Positions 26,244-36,013 of a stretch of 64,000 nucleotides of DNA are shown here, piece after piece. The position numbers and the translations under genes were made by a program. The notes beneath the pieces are model-generated. The model did no database searches. It was not told where the DNA came from and saw only the letters and a program-made list of their open reading frames with translations. This stretch comes from a virus, in the IMG/VR virus record IMGVR_UViG_3300021519_000006, positions 35,939 through 99,938 of that record; one strand, given 5' to 3'. Positions within the stretch are counted from its first letter, which is position 1. Each line of letters opens with the position of its first letter.

Positions 26244-26483
26244 ATGGCAAAAACCAATTACTTCTTCGCAGTTAAGAAGAACCTAGATAAGGGTGGCGCA
26301 TGGCTAGCAATTGTTAGCGATGAGATTAACGGCCCTATTCTAAAAGCAGCTGCATTTTCCAGTGCTGCACCAGCAAAACGTTGGGCAGCTGAACAAATTG
26401 ATCGTAGTCGTTTACCGTGGGAAGTATCAGAAGACGGTAAATCTATGACAGCAGTTGCGCAATTCAAAGAGCCAAAGGAATGA
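26244..26483 (+). CDS. hypothetical protein
   Basis: 79-aa ORF with TAAGGA SD. Confidence 0.65.
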   Translation: MAKTNYFFAVKKNLDKGGAWLAIVSDEINGPILKAAAFSSAAPAKRWAAEQIDRSRLPWEVSEDGKSMTAVAQFKEPKE

Positions 26484-26590
26484 TTATGGACTTTGAGACA
26501 GTGTTGCCAATGAAAACAGTTAACGACATCATTAAAGAAGTTAAAGAAACAAAAGAATGCGATTGCGGTAACTGTACGTGTAAATAAAAC

Positions 26591-26624
26591 ATTAAGCCCC
26601 TCACCTTGCGGTGGGGGGCTTAAT
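26591..26624. terminator. bidirectional terminator at convergence of the two arms
   Basis: ATTAAGCCCCTCACC-TTGC-GGTGGGGGGCTTAAT with T-rich flanks on both strands. Confidence 0.8.
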
Positions 26625-26643
26625 TGTTTGTGTTGGGCGCGGG

Positions 26644-26778
26644 CTAAGCCTCGCTATCTTCACTTTCATCTTCTAGGAACATCGACTCGATATCCTCTAG
26701 GTCTTCTTCATCCATATTCAACTCTTCAAGGTCATCCTCAAAGTCTTCAAATAGGTCAGGACTCAATTCATCTGACAT
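26644..26778 (-). CDS. 44-aa extremely acidic peptide (absent from track)
   Basis: MSDELSPDLFEDFEDDLEELNMDEEDLEDIESMFLEDESEDSEA; GGGAG SD. Confidence 0.6.
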   Translation of the reverse strand: MSDELSPDLFEDFEDDLEELNMDEEDLEDIESMFLEDESEDSEA

Positions 26779-26819
26779 GCGTGTCTCCCAGTACTAGTAG
26801 GTGTAGAAATCGTACACTA

Positions 26820-28850
26820 TTATCTATTATCTGTAATCAATCTAACTTCACAAGCATCTGTGGTGCAATAAGCTTCGCCAACCGCATCAGCGGCCATACC
26901 GGCATACACGCCCTTAAAGTCAATAGGGAATAAGGTCATAGTTGCCTTTTCATACTCGGCTTCTGTAATTTGGGTATACGGCATCTGTGGATACACGGCA
27001 TTGCCCGAAGGTAAGAATGAGACAGTCTTCAGTTGGCCGTCATACATATGTAGGACAGTCCCAACGTGTTGGGCTTCAGTCTCTGGATCAAAGCTTATAG
27101 TTACCGATACCGAGTTATCAGACCAGTAACGCTGTGCTGTAGCGGCGAGCGCCATCTTTTCATAGATAGTTACATCTTTTTCAGAACGTACCGCATTAGA
27201 CTTTACCGGAAAGAATACAACCGATGTAGTCTTTGGGGATTCTGATGCTGGTTCAACTCGATATTGAGCCATTTTGAACAATGGGAGCATTGGGTCACTA
27301 TTAGCAAACCTAATTGCTCTCATAAAGTATTGCCCACCTACAGGCCAATGAACCCCGGGAGATTCTCCCGCTAAAATTGACACGGTGCCTGAAGGCTTCA
27401 CTGTCGTCATCTTAATAGATTCACGAATACCCAACCATTCAGAGTAACTCTTGTCATAGTTCTTAATGGTTTCATACCCGGCATCCATCCAGCTCCGGAG
27501 CATTGGTAAACCTTTATTGTCCGCAAAGTTAGCAACTCCGCTCATAGATGTTCCAATACGGCGGTTACGCTGCATGATCGCGTTAGTTTCTTCCCAGTGA
27601 GTTGGGAGCAATGTAACAGTCTTGGCATAGAGATATGCAAACTTGAGAGTTCGCTTGAAATCGTCTAATGAATCGTGACGGCCAAGGTATGTCTCAACCA
27701 AAGTGCAACACTCCATAGACTCTAATGATTGTTCTGCGCAAGGGTTGTATCCAGCGGCTCGCCAGTCTTTGTTATTAATTGGATCAGACAGGCGACCGTA
27801 CTGACGAGTAACGTCCATCCAGATAACGCCAGGTTCACCGTTGCGGGCAATACCATCAATGATGGGAGTTAAGTCTTGACCTACAGAGACCTCAACAGAG
27901 TTGTTTGACATCCAACCCCACCCGGGAGCTGCCGGATCGTAACTATTGCGTTCTGGGTAAACATCTTTATTCTTTAAGTTCAGAAAGTCTTGGTCGTCAA
28001 TACGGCCGATTAGTAACTCAGCAGAACGACGAACGTTGCCAGAAACTACGCACACTCCAATTAAATTTCCAAGATCCGCTATGTCGCGGCGAGTTAGTTT
28101 TTGACCTTCTCTACCATCAAAGATCATAGAGATATAATCGTGAAGTTTAATTAAAGGTTCTGCTCCGGCTGCTGTTCCGCCAAACGTTTTGATTGGCGTT
28201 CCTGCTGGTCTAATTTCTTCGTAACGAAATACTGGAGCCTTTGTATCTGCTCGTAAGTAAGCATTGATGAGAGCGGATGTAGATTCGACCCATCCTTCTC
28301 GGGTGTCGGGGATGACATATTCTTCTCCTTGTGATGGTTTGTAGATTTGGAAATCTTTGTCTGCGCCCTTATCGTCAAAGCCTACTCCAACTCCCAGCAT
28401 AGATGCTTCCATTAAGAAGGCAAATGGCTTGGCCGGATCTAGCTTGGTCATCGAGTTTGTAGATACGAAGCTGCAGTTCTGAAGGGCAGCCGAGTTGCGC
28501 TCTTTATTAACAATGGGAGTTCCCATTACCCAGAGTCCGCGACCTGGTGGGGTCCACTTCAGTTGAAATAGGCGATCGAAAGCTTCCTTTGCTGAAGCTT
28601 GGGCCTTGGAGTCTGACCAAGGTAGTCGTTGGGATTTAGCGTGATCCTTTTGTAGGGAATACATTCCGTTGATTACGCGTTCGCAGACTTCGACCCAAGT
28701 TTCCTTGGTTCCGTCCTCTTTAAGACGAGAGTAGGTACGAAGGAAAGTAATCTCCCCTACAGAATTGCCGGCGGCATCCGTATATCCCCAAGGGACTTTC
28801 TTCCCTCTGTATGAATTGACGAAATCTTCTGTAAGTTTAAATGAAAACAC
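26820..28850 (-). CDS. nrdJ: class II (B12-dependent) ribonucleotide reductase, monomeric RTPR type
   Basis: PPGRGLW, NCSF, NPCAEQ, TVKPSGT, C-terminal CTTDAC. Confidence 0.93.
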   Translation of the reverse strand: MFSFKLTEDFVNSYRGKKVPWGYTDAAGNSVGEITFLRTYSRLKEDGTKETWVEVCERVINGMYSLQKDHAKSQRLPWSDSKAQASAKEAFDRLFQLKWTPPGRGLWVMGTPIVNKERNSAALQNCSFVSTNSMTKLDPAKPFAFLMEASMLGVGVGFDDKGADKDFQIYKPSQGEEYVIPDTREGWVESTSALINAYLRADTKAPVFRYEEIRPAGTPIKTFGGTAAGAEPLIKLHDYISMIFDGREGQKLTRRDIADLGNLIGVCVVSGNVRRSAELLIGRIDDQDFLNLKNKDVYPERNSYDPAAPGWGWMSNNSVEVSVGQDLTPIIDGIARNGEPGVIWMDVTRQYGRLSDPINNKDWRAAGYNPCAEQSLESMECCTLVETYLGRHDSLDDFKRTLKFAYLYAKTVTLLPTHWEETNAIMQRNRRIGTSMSGVANFADNKGLPMLRSWMDAGYETIKNYDKSYSEWLGIRESIKMTTVKPSGTVSILAGESPGVHWPVGGQYFMRAIRFANSDPMLPLFKMAQYRVEPASESPKTTSVVFFPVKSNAVRSEKDVTIYEKMALAATAQRYWSDNSVSVTISFDPETEAQHVGTVLHMYDGQLKTVSFLPSGNAVYPQMPYTQITEAEYEKATMTLFPIDFKGVYAGMAADAVGEAYCTTDACEVRLITDNR

Positions 28851-28894
28851 AAAATACCCATTTCTCTATAAAAGTTGACTGTTATCAGGTGATG

Positions 28895-30406
28895 CTATTC
28901 GAGTTGCTCAGAGATTATTCTAGTCGTTTCCTCTTCAGAAATACCTCCGTTTGGAAGTTCTCTTAAAGTATTGGCCCTATCTCCGAACAGCGCTGACATT
29001 ACACCACCCGAGGTTTGACGTTCTACCGTCATTCTTACGAACTCTTTATTCTCTTCAAGTTCTTTGACATTCTTTACCAATTTAAAGAGTCTATCAATTT
29101 CTTGACCTGTATTTGGATCAGGGTAACCACCGTTTAGTTCTTCCGCAAATCGTGCAAAAGCTACTCTAGCGCCTTGCATTTCGATGATTGCGTTCAATAA
29201 ACCCTTAAGTTGTTCTTTAGTTTTTACCTCAACTGGCAAATTAAACGCACATGTGTTAGAGGGTTTGAAGGCTGGGCAATTCGCTGCAACGAAGCAAGTA
29301 TCGCATTGACGTAATGACGTTGAGTTACTTTGCATGATTGAGACGTCTTTAACAACGTCTCTACCGGACTCATCTTTGTCCACAACTGTCTTAGTGGATA
29401 TTGAAAAAACTGGCAAATTGAGCATCTCTGAAGGGTCTCTAACCGTAACTTTTGCTGGTTCCAGGCCAGATTCTTTCCGCACCTCAACCTCTCTGTTATC
29501 AGGATCTACACCTAGCGTTTCCGCGTCTCCGGGACTATCTATGTTCACACTCTTATCAGATAACTTCTCGTCATTAACGACAGTTAAATGACCGGGCTTC
29601 TTTTTATCCAAGTTTTTCTCCAGCTGCAAGTAGCTCCAAATAGCGAGGCGGGTTACCTCGGTACTATCATCATTCATAATCTTATCGAAGTCCAAGCCCG
29701 CTTTTTCTATAACAGATTTATAACGGGGACGAGCTTGGTCTTTTTGTTTCTTCTGGTATCGGACTAATCTAGTCCCATCCCATACAATTGTTTCTCCCCG
29801 CATCATTGGACTAAGCCAAGATAAAGTGCTAGCGGTAGCCAGGGGAACTTGACGAAGGTTATCGGGTTTGGCGCAACCTAGTCCGTGAAAGGTAGTACCA
29901 AATTGGCTCTGTAGAGCCCGTGTGCGCCCGGCTAGCGTAACGTCAGCCTCTATGGTCTCTCCTAGTATGGCTACGTTCTTCCATTGTTCAGCAAGCGCAA
30001 ATAGCCCTGTATGGCTTGAGTCCTGATGCCATACCGGCCAGTATTTATCCCCTAATTCAAAGCCAATGGTGCGGCGTTGTTCTGCGATCCAAGAGTTTCC
30101 TAGTGTTGCTGAGTCAAACTCCACAGCCGCCTCAATACGGTCATAGTTCATAGCAATAAAGTCATCGTAACCAGCCGCTAGATCCTCAAGCTCCCGAGTA
30201 CTTAAGATGGTGGAGGTGGCGGCGGTTCCTGCAGTAACGTAGATTTTTACGTCATCTGGGTACTTCTCTGATAATAGATAGTCTTTGGTTTTAGGCAGGC
30301 CGCGCTTAGTTAGCCCGGTGTAACTGACGCTAATGTTCTTGACTCCAGCATCAATAAGAAGTAATCTGTGGGACGGAACTTCCCCGCCCATAAATACGAT
30401 ACTCAT
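28895..30406 (-). CDS. degenerate tRNA-guanine-transglycosylase-like barrel fused to a Cys4 domain
   Basis: PVWH, FHGLG, ...SW pattern of phage TGT-like proteins; C-terminal CDTC....CP......C. Confidence 0.55.
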   Translation of the reverse strand: MSIVFMGGEVPSHRLLLIDAGVKNISVSYTGLTKRGLPKTKDYLLSEKYPDDVKIYVTAGTAATSTILSTRELEDLAAGYDDFIAMNYDRIEAAVEFDSATLGNSWIAEQRRTIGFELGDKYWPVWHQDSSHTGLFALAEQWKNVAILGETIEADVTLAGRTRALQSQFGTTFHGLGCAKPDNLRQVPLATASTLSWLSPMMRGETIVWDGTRLVRYQKKQKDQARPRYKSVIEKAGLDFDKIMNDDSTEVTRLAIWSYLQLEKNLDKKKPGHLTVVNDEKLSDKSVNIDSPGDAETLGVDPDNREVEVRKESGLEPAKVTVRDPSEMLNLPVFSISTKTVVDKDESGRDVVKDVSIMQSNSTSLRQCDTCFVAANCPAFKPSNTCAFNLPVEVKTKEQLKGLLNAIIEMQGARVAFARFAEELNGGYPDPNTGQEIDRLFKLVKNVKELEENKEFVRMTVERQTSGGVMSALFGDRANTLRELPNGGISEEETTRIISEQLE

Positions 30407-30867
30407 TCAAAACGCTTTTCACTGCTACCCAGGTGGGCCTCTAGTAACGCTAGGCGTTGACGTTCAACTTCATCCGCCAATACATCCCAAGACCTAATTT
30501 CCCTAGAAGCTCTAATGAACTTAGGGTGGGCAAATAACAAAGTTGTAATTCCCATAGCAGCAGCTTCTGCGCAACGGTCAGCATCTACGTCTATAAATAA
30601 ATCTACTCTGCCGGCGGCCCTAGCTATAGCTAAATGCCTGGATCGCAAGTCTTGGCCTTCATAAAAGTATCTATCATCATAGATCTCTCCGTAACCAACA
30701 ATAAGGTTGGATCGAAGCCAATGATCAGTTTTTTGCCAGGACATGTCGGAGGTAATTACAACCCGGTAATGTTCGGCAAGGATGCGGTAGAGCTTTATAC
30801 CTTCTGGTATTGGGTCGCCAGTTTCAGTCTTAAGTACGCCTTCTAATGCAACGAGTGCTGTAGCCAT
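30403..30867 (-). CDS. HAD-fold protein lacking the nucleophile Asp
   Basis: LVALEGVL...PIPEG...VVITS...WL...FIDVD. Confidence 0.55.
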   Translation of the reverse strand: MATALVALEGVLKTETGDPIPEGIKLYRILAEHYRVVITSDMSWQKTDHWLRSNLIVGYGEIYDDRYFYEGQDLRSRHLAIARAAGRVDLFIDVDADRCAEAAAMGITTLLFAHPKFIRASREIRSWDVLADEVERQRLALLEAHLGSSEKRFE

Positions 30868-30875
30868 TTTGTCCT

Positions 30876-31274
30876 CTAGTTATTTAATGCTCTTTTTGCC
30901 TTCAATACTTCAAAGTCTTTTTTCTTTGTCCCGCCGTCATAACCCCAAGCATACCCTTTGTCTACCATCTCTTGGTTTAAAGAGATGCCATCAACGGTTA
31001 AAGTCCCTAGTATACGGCCATATTTTTCAGAACTATCCGGTTTTTCCGTTTTAATTACAATATCTGTCTTTCCTTCAAGCCGATGCTTCAGGTACTCTTT
31101 AACTTCAAGCCCTAACTTCTTTTCTTCAAGGTTGGTAGTACGACTTTCTGGTGTATCTATACCGTTAAGACGGACTCTTTGAGAGTAACTTATGTCAAAC
31201 CCCAAATCAATCTCTACGTCAATAGTGTCACCATCTACTACCTTAGTAACTTTTTTTACCCTGTATTCATACAT
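30876..31274 (-). CDS. thermonuclease (SNase-like)
   Basis: VVDGDT, VRLNGIDTPE, KYGRIL, N.EMV.KGYA. Confidence 0.92.
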   Translation of the reverse strand: MYEYRVKKVTKVVDGDTIDVEIDLGFDISYSQRVRLNGIDTPESRTTNLEEKKLGLEVKEYLKHRLEGKTDIVIKTEKPDSSEKYGRILGTLTVDGISLNQEMVDKGYAWGYDGGTKKKDFEVLKAKRALNN

Positions 31275-31439
31275 TAAATTGACCACCAAACGTGAGGGGC
31301 TTGATAAAACAAACCGTATTTTTCTTTATGTAAGCGCCTATCTTCATGCACGACTTTCCAATCAGTTTCATGCGTATCTTTTCCACATAAGGGGCAGATA
31401 CTGCTACCCATATATTTATAAACGTGCTCGCATAGCATG

Positions 31440-31550
31440 TTATTTGTACTTTTTCTCTGCTTTTTCTTTTTTAGCAACACGCTTTTCCATTAAGGTTAGC
31501 TTTGCTTCTTTCTTTTTATTTGCATTACTTTTTTGTTCTTTATTGGCCAC
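31440..31550 (-). CDS. 36-aa Lys-rich peptide (absent from track)
   Basis: MANKEQKSNANKKKEAKLTLMEKRVAKKEKAEKKYK. Confidence 0.45.
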   Translation of the reverse strand: MANKEQKSNANKKKEAKLTLMEKRVAKKEKAEKKYK

Positions 31551-32469
31551 GAAGTGTTCTCCTAATCAAGGTTGAGGCATCTGGAAGTTCTACGCCGTAC
31601 TTTTCTTTTTGTTCTTCAAGAGTAACTGCTTTTTTATGTTCTTTAATAGTTCTAAGAGCCTGAACTGCACCGGAACGTTTACCAGCTTGCCAGCGGTAAT
31701 TGTTGTAGTCGGAATACCCGGCGCCAACTTTGCTAAAAGCTATTTTACGTCCTGCGTGAATATCATCATAGAAAGCTGTAACTTGTTCTGTAGCTAGCTG
31801 TAGCTTTCGTTCTGCGTTAATCTTATGGGCTGGGTTTGTAGCTGAGCGTAACTCATTAAGCGCAGAGTTATAACGGTTTAAGAGTTCTTGCGAATTAGCG
31901 CGATCTCGTTCAGCCCGTTGTTCCCAAGCACGGCTATAAGGAGGCTGAGGATTTTGCTCTGGTTCTACTGTCCAGGAATCGTTGATCAAGTCATACGCTG
32001 CGTACGGGTTAATATCTCGAATGTCGGACTGTGGATTTACATAGAATGTAAGCTCATAACCTTCCCAATTACGGGTATTAGGAGTCAAATCAACACTAAA
32101 TCGTTCATTAAAAGTAGCAGCTATTTCTTGATCAGATAGGGCTACATACTCTGGATTAGCTCTGCGAAACGTTACGTAATCTATTCCTATTAAACAATCA
32201 AGATCACCTGGCTCTCTAGCTGCTTCCCATTGATAAGAGATGCCTGAACCAGCAAGCCAAACTTTAGTCCAAGTATTTGGACGAGAGTAGTTTACGGCTA
32301 AATGATCAAACAATAAAGATGTAATCCCAGAACGAACCCACGACTGTAAGTGATTGCCCTCAAATAGTCGTGGGTCTAGTTCTGCAGAAGGTGTACTGAA
32401 GTATGACGTAGAGCCCGGTGTTATTTCCGGCATCGGGGCATCTACGAAGTTCATACCCCTATTCTTCAT
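31540..32469 (-). CDS. Pol-beta-superfamily nucleotidyltransferase
   Basis: LAGS-x13-DLD motif plus downstream ELTFYV strand. Confidence 0.7.
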   Translation of the reverse strand: MKNRGMNFVDAPMPEITPGSTSYFSTPSAELDPRLFEGNHLQSWVRSGITSLLFDHLAVNYSRPNTWTKVWLAGSGISYQWEAAREPGDLDCLIGIDYVTFRRANPEYVALSDQEIAATFNERFSVDLTPNTRNWEGYELTFYVNPQSDIRDINPYAAYDLINDSWTVEPEQNPQPPYSRAWEQRAERDRANSQELLNRYNSALNELRSATNPAHKINAERKLQLATEQVTAFYDDIHAGRKIAFSKVGAGYSDYNNYRWQAGKRSGAVQALRTIKEHKKAVTLEEQKEKYGVELPDASTLIRRTLRGQ

Positions 32470-32508
32470 CTTCTTCGTCGTTACGTCTCACCAAACAGGG
32501 AGAAGTAA

Positions 32509-32775
32509 CTATTCCTGTTCTTTTGTTACAGCTTCTTTAGGCTGGTTTGCTTGTGCTAAACGAATCATTGTGTATTCGGCTGCAGACTGCGCTTGGATAT
32601 CCATAAGAATTTCTGATGCGTAGCGGCGAACTTCAAGGAGAGTTGCTTCTCGCTCTAATTCAACGTTAAGGGCCTCAACGTTACGTTCGATATACACGTG
32701 GCCCTTGTCGTCAATTAACACGGCAAAACCTGTTGTTAATTTAGGTTCGTTTGGGGTTGTTGTTTCTTCTGACAT
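32509..32775 (-). CDS. hypothetical protein
   Basis: GAGGAG SD. Confidence 0.65.
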   Translation of the reverse strand: MSEETTTPNEPKLTTGFAVLIDDKGHVYIERNVEALNVELEREATLLEVRRYASEILMDIQAQSAAEYTMIRLAQANQPKEAVTKEQE

Positions 32776-32785
32776 GTTTCTCCTC

Positions 32786-33364
32786 TTAGTCGTATAAACC
32801 GGCAGCCTTGCGCTGCTGGGTTGCGTAGAATGTTTTTACTGGGCAAAAATCGCATAGGAATACTTTGGTTCCCGCAGATTTTTCTGCTGAAACTAAACCA
32901 ATTTCCTTACGCAATTCTGCAGTGTTTTTAGGTACTAAGCGTTTGTTCTTTGAGCGCCAATCCCCACAAGTTCCCTTAGGACGCAAATGATCTGAGTAGC
33001 ACTTCATTGCATCATCATAGAAGGTGGCTTTAGTTGTGTAATAGTCTGGGTCTAAATCAGAAAGTCCGCCACCGTATTTAGTGCGCATATTTTTAATAAT
33101 TTCTTCACGATTTTTTTTATTTTCCCAAGTTTTTACACCTACATCAGACAATTGACCATTGTGAGGGATTCCTGCGGATTCATGACGATCAATGCAAACT
33201 TGAAGAGTTACATCGTCATCTGGGTGCCCTTTAAAATCAGGAAGCTCTTCAATTGTTTTACAGTTGTAGCAGTACAGTAAACGAATGCGAGGACCAGTGT
33301 CCTTAATTTCTGTATAGCTGCCTTGATCGGCGGGTAGTCCGCCACCTAAAATAGGAATGTCCAT
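32786..33364 (-). CDS. Cys/His-rich hypothetical protein
   Basis: CYNC...CYSDH...C...LCDFCP. Confidence 0.7.
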   Translation of the reverse strand: MDIPILGGGLPADQGSYTEIKDTGPRIRLLYCYNCKTIEELPDFKGHPDDDVTLQVCIDRHESAGIPHNGQLSDVGVKTWENKKNREEIIKNMRTKYGGGLSDLDPDYYTTKATFYDDAMKCYSDHLRPKGTCGDWRSKNKRLVPKNTAELRKEIGLVSAEKSAGTKVFLCDFCPVKTFYATQQRKAAGLYD

Positions 33365-33402
33365 AGATCCTCCATGTGTTATGAAGGAATCCTAGCACAA
33401 GA

Positions 33403-34305
33403 TTATTCGGAGGTAGATCCTCGGTATTTTTTAGTTTCTCTTGCTGTACTGGAGCCGGTATCTTCCATAAGTCCAGCTGCTTCTCTAAATGCGGCATCAC
33501 GATCTCCAGCTGCACCGGATCCGCGGGTTTCCTCTACAGCGCTTACTATCTCGGTACGTGGGCGTGGGGCAACTATGCTCGTAATTCCCTGTTGTTTCTC
33601 ATAACTTCTAGCTCCGTGTATTAATGCAGTTTTTGCTTCAGGAACAGTTAAACCGCCGATGTGTATGGCGTGATGAAGATAAGCCTCAAAATTAGGGCCA
33701 GAGTTATTGCCGTTTTCTACTGCAAACGCCATAGCATTATGTGCAGCACGGATGTGGGCTCTAGGTGGAAGTGGAGCTGATTCAGATTCCGTGATAGATT
33801 CATCTTTATTTTTGCTTGCTCTACCTGGGCCGCGTGTTTCTTTTTTACGCTGACTCCAAGGGAAATCATTCCCTACGTGCTGGTGTACCCAGTCCTCTGT
33901 TCTAAATAAACCTTCATCTTGGTTATTAGCTCGCTCAACTTTATAAGCTTCATGGTCGTCAAGAGGTTCAGAATAAGTATTAGGATCAATCTTAGTTAAA
34001 TGATGCTTAGTATGCATGTCGCAAGTAGCTATAGGATCTGCACCTGCTGGTCGCAATACGTTAGTAGCTGGGCCGGAGTGGTGTAAGCCACCGTATTCGC
34101 AAGAAACTGCGCTTCCTTTAGTTCTATTTTTTGGGCTAGCTATTAAATCGCCTTTGTACTTAAAGGTACGACGATTAGCGCCTTCAGGCGTTAATCTATT
34201 AGTATCGGGGTCAATAACAGTAGCTTCAGGTGAAAATACCAAAGCTCTGGAAGTTTGTTCTAGGTGGGTACCTTCACCCGTATCTTCATTAGAACCTTTT
34301 GCCAT
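33403..34305 (-). CDS. hypothetical protein
   Basis: 300-aa ORF. Confidence 0.7.
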   Translation of the reverse strand: MAKGSNEDTGEGTHLEQTSRALVFSPEATVIDPDTNRLTPEGANRRTFKYKGDLIASPKNRTKGSAVSCEYGGLHHSGPATNVLRPAGADPIATCDMHTKHHLTKIDPNTYSEPLDDHEAYKVERANNQDEGLFRTEDWVHQHVGNDFPWSQRKKETRGPGRASKNKDESITESESAPLPPRAHIRAAHNAMAFAVENGNNSGPNFEAYLHHAIHIGGLTVPEAKTALIHGARSYEKQQGITSIVAPRPRTEIVSAVEETRGSGAAGDRDAAFREAAGLMEDTGSSTARETKKYRGSTSE

Positions 34306-34319
34306 GCGTAAATCCTAAC

Positions 34320-34631
34320 TTAGTAGTTAGCACCCATTTGATTGTTGCTGATGTCCGCAACTGGCATAGGTGAACGTGGCTTTGAGTTGGCTGTGGTTGA
34401 TCCCGGAGATACCTTTGATGGCGCTTCTTGATCAATAAAGTCATAGTTCCAATATGGGTGTAGTCCACGACGGTTAGCAAGAGTTAAATCTTCGCCAGTG
34501 CCTGGTGCAACAGTTGTATTAGGACGAACCTTACGGTATTTGCCGTCAGTTGCTCCTTCGTTCATAGAAGTGTTAAGTGAACGTGATTCGTTAGTTGCCA
34601 TTGTTATCCTCTTTCTGATTGTAGAAATCAT
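34320..34631 (-). CDS. hypothetical protein
   Basis: ORF; likely start at internal MATNE. Confidence 0.6.
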   Translation of the reverse strand: MISTIRKRITMATNESRSLNTSMNEGATDGKYRKVRPNTTVAPGTGEDLTLANRRGLHPYWNYDFIDQEAPSKVSPGSTTANSKPRSPMPVADISNNQMGANY

Positions 34632-34949
34632 GACTTTTTCCAGGCTTTAAAATACGTTGTACTCCTGGAGTCTTAAGTCCGTGCTTATCAAATTCATCTG
34701 AGCCGGCAGGGTCAAAGCCCATTTGACCGCCAATAGCGCCCATGGCACGACTCCAAGTACGAACAGATTTACGATCGTTTTCACGACGACGAATAGGTTT
34801 CATTTCTTCACCGGTTTCTTAGGTTTAGCGGCTTCTTTTTCTTTTGCTACTTGGGCAGAAGTTTTGACCTTAACGGGTACGACCTTGTATTGGGCCGGCT
34901 TACCTTTATGATCTGTTAACTTTGCCATGAGGCCAGTATCCCCCTATTT

Positions 34950-35249
34950 TTATGACTTGTCTGCTTGTTTACGAACTCTAGGGCGAATAACCTTCTTCTT
35001 TTGTGCCTGGTATTTCTTAGAGTTTTGACGACGACTTATTGCCGCAGTAGATCCTGGGTTAAGACCGCTGGCTTGGCCCGAAGTCCAGTGTCCGCTAGAG
35101 CGTTTTTCCCAGCTCTCTACAGAAGCAAAGGTCTTGGTTTCGCCCTTTTGTTTAATAACCTTAGGTTCTGGTGCACCTGATTTTGTTTTTTTAGGGGCGT
35201 GGGACTTAGGGCGGGGAGCTTTGCCACCAGAGTTTGCTTTAGTCGCCAC
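34950..35249 (-). CDS. basic hypothetical protein
   Basis: K/R-rich 99 aa. Confidence 0.55.
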   Translation of the reverse strand: MATKANSGGKAPRPKSHAPKKTKSGAPEPKVIKQKGETKTFASVESWEKRSSGHWTSGQASGLNPGSTAAISRRQNSKKYQAQKKKVIRPRVRKQADKS

Positions 35250-35408
35250 TCATTCGTCCCTTCATATGCTTGCCGTACAAATCGTTACGACAAGTAGGGC
35301 ACATCTTTCCGTCAGTGTACATAGCCTCTAACGGAGTCATAAACATGCCGCACTTAGGGCAGACCACACTACCGTCATAGATAGTTTCTGTGGTGATCTC
35401 TTCTTCCA

Positions 35409-35663
35409 TTAGAATAAACTCGCTAGCTGTTCTTCTGAGTGAACGCCGTCAACGCGTTTGGGTTCCCCATTGCCATTAAAAACAATAAAAGTAGGAAAAC
35501 CATTAATATTGTTTTGTGCAATCGCATCTGCATTTTCAGACTCTAAAATCTTTATTACTGAAAGTTTTGGGTTATTTTCAATAAATTTGTCTAAAATTGG
35601 GTTTTGTTGCTGGCAAAAAGAACACCAGTCAGCATAGAAATACCAAAGCTCTTTCATTACCAA
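35409..35663 (-). CDS. thioredoxin
   Basis: FYADWCSFC, GFPTF. Confidence 0.88.
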   Translation of the reverse strand: MVMKELWYFYADWCSFCQQQNPILDKFIENNPKLSVIKILESENADAIAQNNINGFPTFIVFNGNGEPKRVDGVHSEEQLASLF

Positions 35664-36010
35664 ATGCCTTCCGTCATGTTTCGTGAGGTTCCTTGCATAG
35701 ATGTGGGTGAACCGGAGAAGTCTGTGCGCTCAGGCTCAAACTCTTCGTTAACGTTCATAACATCCATTATACCTAACTGACGGGTTCTATATCCAAATCG
35801 GGGTGGGAACAACTGGATCTGGGGCAAAGGTGGTCGAACAATGTCTTGGATCATATCTTTGGGCAAAGTTACAGAACGAATAGCTCTAGTTAAAAGGGCT
35901 TCGGTTGTGCTAGCAAATGGGCCCATATAGTCGTAACGGATCTTAGGACCGTTATCGACAATATCACGGGGTTTACTATGGTCATAAACACTATCTTGTG
36001 ATTCAGCCAT
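35657..36010 (-). CDS. hypothetical protein
   Basis: 117-aa ORF. Confidence 0.65.
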   Translation of the reverse strand: MAESQDSVYDHSKPRDIVDNGPKIRYDYMGPFASTTEALLTRAIRSVTLPKDMIQDIVRPPLPQIQLFPPRFGYRTRQLGIMDVMNVNEEFEPERTDFSGSPTSMQGTSRNMTEGIW

Positions 36011-36013
36011 GGT

